From Chrysomallon squamiferum (taxonomy: Eukaryota; Animalia; Mollusca), in assembly GCA_012295275.1 (NCBI GenBank), contig CM022670.1, positions 5,518,001 to 5,582,000 on the forward strand: a stretch of 64,000 bases of DNA, read 5' to 3'. How positions within the stretch are numbered: position 1 is the first letter of the stretch; each line of letters begins with the position of its first letter. Positions 54,634 through 64,000 of this stretch are shown here, one piece after another. The translations under genes were made by a program, and so were the position numbers. The notes under the pieces were generated by a model that saw nothing but the letters and a program-made list of their open reading frames with translations, had not been told where the DNA came from and made no database searches.

Positions 54634-57600
54634 GAGAGTGTAAGAGGTAACTGTTTAAACTTCAATACTAAAAATGTAAAATCTGTTGCTAGTTTCAGAA
54701 ACCATCATTTATATCCCATTTTTGTTTACAAATGGTAATTCAAATAAACAGTTTTAATTTTTATTTTCTGTGTAAATAAAATATAATATAATATGAAGTT
54801 TTTTGTTTATAAATGCTAATATAACTAAACAATTTCATTTTTGTCTGCTATCTGAGATTGTCTTTTTAATTTATTGATTTAAAACAGAGTACTTCAACCA
54901 GTGTGACATATTTAATTTTTATTAAAGTCAAGTTACATTTAGTATTTTAATGATAGATTCAGTGATCATAATCTTGACATAACCTCTACCTGCAGAGATC
55001 ACCATAATTGGAGTTATAACTGAATCTCTGGTGCATTGTATAATGTATTTTCAAGTGCCTGGATATTATTTATTTCTACCACAGTTTTAGATTTTGTGTC
55101 ACATGGTGATATGGTAGTGAAGAGGTTAATAAGTAACTGCGTAAATATTTATAATTTTTAGTATTTAGTATTTAGTCACTGAACAAGCCTCATTTGTTGT
55201 TGTTTCTGTGATTAAAATAATTATAAATACTATTTAATAATGTATTTTTCTTAGAATTGTAGTTTCTAATATTTCAGCTTTCTCACCATACAGTGAGGCA
55301 GTGGGAACTTCACAGGTATGTTTACTGTTTCTGGTGTTAACCATTATCAGTACAGTTGTATAACTAATGTATTTTACATTATATCATGCTTTTGTATACT
55401 AATGTAGTCTATATTATATCCTTCATTATATAGTACATTTGTATAACTAATCTGTATAATTAGTGTATTCTGTTATAATTGCATTATTTATTATTAAAAA
55501 AATATACTTTTATAATTACCTTATTCATTATTACACAATATACTTTTATAATTACCATATTCATTATTATACAATTTACTTCAAACAAATTTTTGTTTAA
55601 TTTTTTAAAATTTATTTATTTATTTATTTTTTTGCAGATATCTAGAAACCTTTCAACCAATTTGTCATCTCTATCATCTCTCATAGACATTGGTTCAGAA
55701 CAAAAGACCATTGCAGATCTGAGGTTAATAACTATTTATATTATTTCATACATAATTTCTTCTCAATAAATTTTATTGTTAATCAAATTATTTAATAAAT
55801 TAGTAACTAAAAATTGCTACAAATAACCATATTGAACTTAATTAAAGTAAAAGATCAGTGTTTGAAAAATATTTTTGCAATAAACATAATACATAAGCAA
55901 AACTAAATATATAGATAGATTACAAACAGAAATAAATGTAGATTAGTTATAGATAAAGTAAATAATAGAATAAACACATACAGGTTGAAGTTCCCAAAGT
56001 CAAAAAGTCTCAAAACTCGGCCTGATATGTGTACTGTATTCAGTTTATGTGTACAGTATTTCAACATTTCAAAACATGCAAATTCCTGTACTTGGCAGGG
56101 GTCTTCAAATGATGATGTTCTTGGGAACTTGTAGATATGTTATAGATCAAAGTAAACCTTTAGATGAAAATAAATTGTTTGTATTTGTTGTTTTTTTTCT
56201 TTTTTAATCAATAAATATTCTTGTAATAAGAAAGTAAATGCACAGATAAAAATGAATGTATAAAAGTAGAAGTGTCACAAAGGATAAAATGTATTTGCAG
56301 AGTGCAGCTTGATCACCAACAGAGAGAGACAGAGCAGCTACAGTCTCATCTCTTACATGAAGGCGTGTCTGGGCGAGGCTTTGTGACAGTGCGGCCAGCA
56401 TTCTCAACAGTATCTGAATCAACAAGAACACCATTTGAGTTTGTTCCACCGTGTGTTTCCACTTTATTAAATCAAATTAAAGACAGATTTTCAAGCATTT
56501 TTTTTTACTTGTGATAAAGAAGAATACAGAAACTGTAATGAAATTGTAATAATGATATACCTGTAAGAGGATTAAGTCTTGTGATAAAAACTACTCTGAT
56601 GAAAGTGTAATAAAAACTATCATGATGTGACATCATGCAATTGTGATAAGAAGTGATGTAATTGTGATTTGTGTTCTCATTTCCAGATCTCACCTAGAAC
56701 GAGCTCTTAAAGAGTCACAGGAACAACTTACTCATCTCAGGAAGAAGCTGTATGAGGTGCAATATGGTTATACATCCTGTTACATTATTGTCATACATCC
56801 TGTTACATGGTTGTTACATACCTTGTTATATTATAGTCACTACATGTTACACTGTTGTTATACACCTTGTTACATTTGTGTCATACATCCTGTAACATTG
56901 CTGTGATCTGTGATACATACACAGCATTTATGTATTTACAGAGTATGTATATATACACTAGTTTAGATTTTTCAGATAGTTGCATATTGTTTTAGATATT
57001 ATAATCTTATTATACTTTCAGATGAGTGAGAAAGCTGAAAGTGAAAAAAGACAGTTTCGAATAAATATAGAGGAACTGAGAGCCAAACTCCATGAAACTA
57101 TTGTAAACAGAGACACAATACTAGAACTGAGGTATCATATCTACTTTTTTCCATTGTTCTTTTTAAGTTATTCCTGCATATAGCATTTGCCAACAGGTCC
57201 TTCTGTCATATCTGTATACACAGTTTACACACAGGTATAAATATGATGTACATGTTATATTCAGTGTGACTGTGATGAACAGTATTTTCAATGCAACTAT
57301 ATGAAGTAGATGTTACTTTTAGTATAAGCGTGTGATGTACTTGTATTCAGCATAACTATGACTGACATGTTACATTCAGTATGACTGTGAGGTAATTCCC
57401 CATTCAGACAAGTCCCCACTCAGACAATTCTTCACTCAGACAATTCCCCACTCAGACAATTCCCCACTCAGACAATTCCCCACTCAGACAGTTCCCGACT
57501 CCACACAAAATATTGAACAAATTTAGTATTTTTTTTATTAAACTTTAACCAACTATAATTTTCATTAGTATTGACATATAAAACTGCTTGATTTACTTCA

Positions 57601-57816
57601 GTCTTACACAATGGCCAATGCCCTTAAGTATGTCTGGGACAGTCTTGCTGTTGTCATGCCTGTCAGTGCCCCCTTATAAAGACCTCATCTTGTGTGCAAT
57701 TGGCAATCAGTTAGAAGCCGTCTTTTCATGGCTTCATAAGCAATTGGAAAATAGCATAGTTTTATATCAAATATAGATTCAAAGTAGGTGAGTGTGTTGT
57801 GTGTGTGTGTGTGTGT

Positions 57817-57860
<44 letters not shown>

Positions 57861-57875
57861 CTGTGTGTGTGTGTG

Positions 57876-57927
<52 letters not shown>

Positions 57928-57968
57928 TTGTGTGTGTGTGTATGTGTATGTCAATGTTGTGTCTGTGT

Positions 57969-58019
<51 letters not shown>

Positions 58020-60705
58020 TATGTGTTTGTAGTTGATTCTCCTATTTCTTTGTGTAGACAGAAGGAAGCTGTTTCCCATGAATTGTTGATCAGTAAACTA
58101 CAGTCAACTGTGCAGGATCTACACAGCAAGTACCAAACCACAGAAAAGGTAAATTGAAATTGTTCAAATTGATGCTTAGATTGATTTATGACATTAACTT
58201 TTCTCATATTTATGTGTAGATTTAAGTTATTAAAGTTTGATGTTTATCATATTAATATGTAGACTAAATTATTAGTTAGATATTTGTCATATTAATGTGT
58301 ACACTAAACTATTACCACTTCACATTTCTGGCATTAATGTATAAACTATGTTACAGCTGTATGATATTACTCATATTAGTGTTAGACTAACTGTTAACAT
58401 GTATCTCTGTTCCTTCTAGCAAATACATATGGCATTCACTATTCATTCAGAAATAATTTATTTATAAACTGCAGTGCTTTCTGAGACTTCATTTTGTTAT
58501 ACACTGATATTATTGTTTGGCAGTAAAGTTGGAGGTATTTTACTAAGCATTCCATTCTAACTACCTGAAGTGATATTATAGAAAAATCTGTGAACATTGT
58601 ATATGAGAGATATTATTTATCCATTATTTAAAAATAAATTCAATCATGTGTATGGCATAGACATTTCCCATAATAATATGTACAGTAAGTTATAAAAGTT
58701 TAATATTTTCATGTGTTAATAGTAGGTTTTTATAGTTATGAAAAGGTATGTAACTACTGCAATGTAACCATGTTTTGGGCTTTTTTTTTAGGCTCTGACT
58801 GATGTAACAAAGAAACTTGAGGTGTGCACTGAATCTAATGTTGTTATGGAAACTGCAATAAAGCAGGTGAAGGTGATTTTGGTGGAGAAAGAGGCAAAGC
58901 GTGGTAAGCCGTATTTTGAAAGTGATCCGGTCTGTGAACAGAAGTACACAATGCTTTCTCATACACTGCAGAGGTGTGTGGAGGAGCTCGAGACAGAGAT
59001 AGAAACAAAATCCCTGAAACTGACAGCAGTGAGTCCTCGTTCTTTTTGTTGTAACAGTGATATTTGTTATAATAGTCCTCTTTCTTTTTGTTGTAACAGT
59101 GATATTTAATAACTGATTTTTTTGTAAATTAATATTGTGATATTTTTTTTTTATAATAGTCATATTTGTTTTTGTTTTGACAGTGATATTTTTTTTTTTT
59201 TTTTAATCGTAATATTAATATTTTTTTGTAACATTAATATTTTTTTTTTAATAATGATCTTTTTTTTGTAACAGTGATATTTATTTTTAGGTAACAGTAA
59301 TATTAGTTTGTTTCTTATAAAAGTATTTCCCAAAATATCTATGAAGATTTACTTTTCTGTAGAACAGTGTTTATCTTCATAACTGATTTTATATTCAGTG
59401 TAAATGTTTGTGTTAGGTTTGCATGTTTTTAGTGTATATATTTTGCATTTTTTATGTTTTTGCAGATGGAAGAGGAAGTGAATATTTTAAAGATGTCAGC
59501 TCAGGAGAAAGAAAAACTTCTTACTCAGATTCACCAAGAAACGTAAGTTTATTAATTAGTCACCGAGTTGTTCTTAGTTCATTATAAATAAGTCACTAAA
59601 AAGTTATTCTTAGTTCATTATAAATAAGTCACCAACAAGTTATTCTTAGTTCATTATAAATAAGTCACCAACAAGTTATTCTTAAAAAATAAGTCACCAA
59701 CAAGTTATTCTTAGTTCATTATAAATAAGTCACCAACAAGTTATTCTTAGTTCATTATAAATAAGTCACTAAAAAGTTATTCTTAGTTCATTATAAATAA
59801 GTCACCAACAAGTTATTCTTAGTTCATTATAAATAAGTCACCAACAAGTTATTCTTAGTTCATTATAAATAAGTCACTAACAAGTTATTCTTAGTTCATT
59901 ATAAATAAGTCACTAACAAGTTATTCTTAGTTCATTATAAATAAGTCACTAAAAAGTTATTCTTAGTAAATAAGTCACCAACAAGTAGATCTTTGTTCAG
60001 GGATTCAACAAAAAATATATTTGTGTATTTATATCTATCTGCATGCATATATGTTTTTGCATATGTATAAAAAATTATATTTTTATGTATGTATGTTCTT
60101 ATATACACACATATATCTGTGTGTTGTTTATGTACATGCCTTTATATGTACATGTATGTGTGTTTGATTATATGTGTTAATAAGAAGTATATTTTATTTA
60201 AGATTGAAGAAAGAGACAGAAAATGCCACAAAAAGGTATTTTTATTTATCTATTAATATTTTTATTATTATTTTTTTTTTTTAACAAGTGAAAAATATAA
60301 GAGTTGATTACAAATTACATTACTATGTGAGTAATATCAGAGGTTTTTTCTAATTGTTACGAAATTTTTTCAAGTTTGCTCAAGTAGTTTTATTAGATGT
60401 TGCAACATTTTCAAAAAGCTTGTTTATTTTACTGTATGTCAATCATACTGTAATGTTTACCCCTTCTGTGAATATTCACAGCAAATAGCAAATTTTCTTA
60501 TGTCTGCATGTTTTTAGTTGAGTTTAATTAGAGGTTTCTTGCAGAGCACAGCAGCTGTCAACAGACTGGGAACAACAGCTTGAGTCAGCCAGTGAAAGAG
60601 CAAAAAATGCCAGGTCACAAGTCTCTGCCTTACAGAGTCAACTCACCCTGTTAGAGTAAGATGTTTTAATTAGAAAGTTACCTATTATTACAAAAGTCTC
60701 TCTTG

Positions 60706-60801
<96 letters not shown>

Positions 60802-63800
60802 GTCTCTGTCTCTGTCTCTGTGGATTGATCCATGCCATTTATATGTATGTTTTCATTGGTTTTGGTTGCTTTACAGAAACCAGTTAGATCAGCAGGTGAA
60901 GCTCAAGGATGAAACAATTTCAGAGCTTGAGTCAAAGATTAGTCAACTCAGATTGGATTATGGTGAAGATCGAACAAAGTGGCAACAAAGAGTAAGTAGA
61001 GAGAATACTGTAGAAAGTGGCAATGAAGAGTAAATAAAGAAAATACTGTAGAAAGTGCTACCAGAATGTTGTTGGACTTCAGATTGAAATATTTGAAATA
61101 TCTTCTAATTATATTATTAGAAAACACTTGAAAGATATTTGAATTTTTATTAGAAAAATGTTAACAAATATTTAACTGTTTAACACAGAGAGAGGCTCTG
61201 GAACATGATCTTGATGAAGTAAGGAGAGAACTTGCAACAGTCAGGTCAGAAAGAGAAGAATTCAGTCACAGATGTGTTGCCATAGAAACCCACAATGAAC
61301 ATTTACAGGTAAGATTGTGACAAACCAAAATCATTAATTATTTTTGTTATTATTATCATTATTTGAAATACTGTCACAATGATTATGTAATTAATCATTG
61401 ATTAAAATATTTACACAAAGACTTCTATAATTAATCATTATTTAAAATCTCTCCTGCATCCTTTTTGTTATTATTGTTATACAAAATATACAATGATGGC
61501 AAGTTTTACTGTACATTTTTTTAGAGCTCATTGTCACATCTTCAGATAGAACTGGAAAGTGAGAGAAACCGAAATGTGAAACACAGAGAAAGGGAAGAAA
61601 CTCTTCACACTAAGTTGATGTCAACAGAAATGGAGTTATCCCACAAGCAGCAGGATATAGATCGCCTTGAAAAGATGCTTGAAGTTGTTAAACAGGAATG
61701 TAGCAACCAAATCAAAGACAGGGTGAGTACAATTAATAACCAAATCAAAAACAAAGTGAGTACCATTACAAACTGATCAAAAACAAAGTGAGTACCATTA
61801 CAAACTAATCAAAAACAAAGTGAGTACCATTAACAACCAAATCAAAAACATGATTTAACAGAGTGCGAGTACTTTTAACAACCAGATTAAATAGTATGAG
61901 TAATTTCAATAACTAGATTAAATAGTGTAAGTACTTTTAACAACTAGGTTAAATAGTGTGAGTACTTTTAACAATTAGATTAAATAGACTGAGTAATCTT
62001 AACAACTAAATTAAATAGTGTGAGTACTTTTAACAACTAGATTAAACAGACTGAGTAATTTTAACACCTTGGTTAAACAGACTGAGTAATTTTAACACTT
62101 TGGTTAAACAGACTGAGTAATTTTAACAACTAGACTAAAAGTGGTTTGAATGTTTTCAGGTGGCAGCAGTAGAGGAGACTGAGCGAGTTCAGAGAGAAAA
62201 GCTGGAGACACAGCTGTCTTCACTGACTGAGCAACACCACAAAGTGAACCTTGAGCTGGAGTCAGCTAAACGTGAGTCAGCAGAACTGAAACATCAGACC
62301 GAAGTTTTGACACAGACTATTGAATCATACAAGTCAAAACTGGACACTGCACTGAGTGACAAGCAGCATTTGTCAGAAACTGTTTCAGATTTGAGAACAA
62401 ATGTTGAAAGAGTCGAGAAAGAAAGAGATTACTACTTGAGTTTAGTTGACCAGAAAAACGAGGTATTGTCCAGAGTTACTGACCACAAAGAAACATTAAC
62501 AGTGCAGCTTGAGGAGAAAACACTCAATTTGCTAACGCTGAAACAGCAGTCTGAAAACATCTCACAGCTAGTGGAAGTGAATTCCAGGACAAGTGAAAAT
62601 ATCCGTGAGGAGAAAGAACGAATTCTGAGCCTGCTCAGTGAGAAAACAGCAGCTCTGAGAGAACTTGAAATGCTCCATGAAAACCTGAGTAAGAAAGTGA
62701 AGTTGAGAGAGAAGAGGATTGGAGAACTGGAGGAGGAGAGACAGAAACTGACAATAGACTTGAATCTGCGTACTGAACAAACGAACATGGTCACACACGA
62801 GAAAGAGAAACTCTTCAGTGAATTGAAGGAAAGTCGGTTTGAAGTTGCCTGTGTAAAGGCAGACATTAAACAATGCAAGGAGGAATTGACAAAACAAAAA
62901 AATACATTTGACAAGGAACTTGCACAACTTCAGTCAAAACTGAAAAGTTTGTATTAATTCATTATTTTGTGTCACATTCAGATTTCATTTAATGAGATGC
63001 TGAATGTTTCATGTCACTGTTTTAAAGACATCTGACATTTGGAAAAGAGAATTAATAATTATTATTAGTCTTACTTGCTCTGAAACAAAAGGTACTTTAA
63101 TTCATTTCAAACAGAGAACTAATTTATTAAAGCAGAATATTCACATATATACAATATTGTTTTAGAGTTTTTCCTTGTTTTCCTTTAGAAACTGATAACT
63201 AATCTTTTTTCTTTCATCAAGTCAGGCAGCCATTTATTTTCCAATATATAAGTAAAATATTTAGATATGTTCAAACACAGCTAAGATGTTGTTTTATTTT
63301 CATATATGCAAGAATTGTTTGTAATAATGATACATACAAGTAATTTATTTATGTTTATTACAGGATCAGAAAATGATTTAATTTTAGCACAGAAAGCAGT
63401 AAGAAGTAAGCAGTGCCTGGATAACAAAGGTATTTACAACTGTCTGTGTTTACTGTTATTTTATATACCAAGTGTAACAGTAAACTGTACTGTCTTGTTA
63501 CACATGTCTGTGTTTACTATTTCTTTATTTACTATCTGTTAGAATACACTTCACTGTATCTTATTACAGCTATCTATGTTTACTGTTTATTTATTTATTC
63601 TATGTTAGAGTAAACTGTACTGCATGTTATTACAGCAGTCTGTGTTTACTGTTATTTTATTTACTATCTGTGACAGTAAACTGTACTGTTATTACAGCTG
63701 TCTTTGTTTACTGTTATTTTATTTACTATCTGTGACAGTAAACTGTACTGTTATTACAGCTATCTTTGTTTACTGTTATTTTATTTACTATCTGTGACAG

Positions 63801-64000
63801 TAAACTGTATTGCATGTTATTACAGCTGTCTGTGTTTACTGTTATTTTATTTACTATCTGTGACAGTAAACTGTACTGCGTGTTATTACAGCGGTCTGTG
63901 TTTACTGTTATTTTATTTACTATCTGTGACAGTAAACTGTACTGTGTGTTATTACAGCTGTCCGTTATGCTGACAAAATGCAGAAGGAGATCACTAACAA
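54212..64000 (+). CDS. CCDC158: Coiled-coil domain-containing protein 158-like, continues past the window end
   Basis: Exons 54212-54458, 55278-55315, 55638-55723, 56301-56450, 56687-56756, 57022-57131, 58058-58148, 58792-59028, 59466-59542, 60203-60235, 60545-60655, 60877-60991, 61189-61308, 61525-61722, 62160-62946, 63364-63429 and 63958->64000. Phases close throughout. Segments LERALKESQEQLTHLRKKLYE...EKRQFRINIEELRAKLHE, ILVEKEAKRGKPYFESD, ERAKNARSQVSALQSQL and AVRYADKMQKEITNK resemble, from memory, vertebrate CCDC158. Confidence 0.82.
57393..57500. repeat. 16-17-bp tandem repeat (acaattccccactcag), ~6 copies; possibly subterminal repeats of a DNA-transposon relic
   Basis: Direct inspection. 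Confidence 0.8.
57790..58030. repeat. (GT)n compound microsatellite
   Basis: Direct inspection. Other microsatellites: (ATT)n 46620-46686, (TA)/(CA) 47375-47517, (CT)n/(CA)n 49448-49541 and 50300-50442, (AAT)n 50657-50704 and 54586-54631, (CT)n 60700-60820. Confidence 0.97.
59558..59985. repeat. 36-bp minisatellite (aagttattcttagttcattataaataagtcaccaac), ~12 copies
   Basis: Near-identical head-to-tail units, period 36, starting just after the donor at 59542. Confidence 0.95.
61704..62140. repeat. Intron built almost wholly of 30-33-bp repeats carrying the donor motif GTGAGTA
   Basis: The exon end caaccaaatcaaagacagg|gtgagtac is recopied as aaccaaatcaaaaacaaagtgagtacc, then grades into ttaaatagtgtgagtacttttaacaactag units. 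Confidence 0.88.
63430..63960. repeat. Intron built wholly of ~60-64-bp repeats carrying the acceptor motif ttattacag|c
   Basis: About eight units of tattacagctgtctgtgtttactgttattttatttactatctgtgacagtaaactgtactg. The last one supplies the real acceptor at 63957. Confidence 0.9.

Noticed and set aside
57685-58207. HT/CV/ER/YI dipeptide ORFs (also 47335-47544, 49350-49763, 50165-50488 and 60638-60838)
   Set aside because: Microsatellite read-through.
59558-59985. 36-bp repeats suggestive of a CRISPR array (also 25977-26410, 44045-44375 and 52340-52965)
   Set aside because: Units are head-to-tail with no unique spacers, there are no cas genes, and the context is a eukaryotic genome. These are minisatellites.
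62432-62927. 160-aa and 119-aa antisense ORFs (also 41574-41837, 46010-46489 and 19135-19539)
   Set aside because: Shadow ORFs opposite real coding exons, with no independent signals.

Overview
AT-rich, intron-rich animal genomic DNA, not prokaryotic. A mollusc or other lophotrochozoan is my inference from composition and gene content. I reconstructed seven protein-coding genes by hand from GT-AG splice sites and reading-frame phase: SDAD1 (-, 3' end runs off the window), ANAPC15 (+), a DUF229 alkaline-phosphatase/sulfatase-like type II membrane protein with a single coding exon (-), a GM2-activator/ML-domain protein (-), FBXW7 (+), a signal peptide-ShKT x2-sushi x5-TM receptor (-), and CCDC158 (+, runs off the window). 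Six of the seven sit in three head-to-head pairs. Most notable: (1) FBXW7 appears to be spliced in frame to an N-terminal ComEA/EEPD1-type double helix-hairpin-helix DNA-binding module; (2) many introns of FBXW7 and CCDC158 contain tandem repeats seeded at the splice junction, which creates arrays of decoy donors and acceptors; (3) the ShK+sushi membrane receptor architecture; (4) an apparent 1-nt frameshift in SDAD1. The rest is minisatellites, microsatellites and several foldback/MITE-like inverted repeats. All gene models are manual and lack RNA support.
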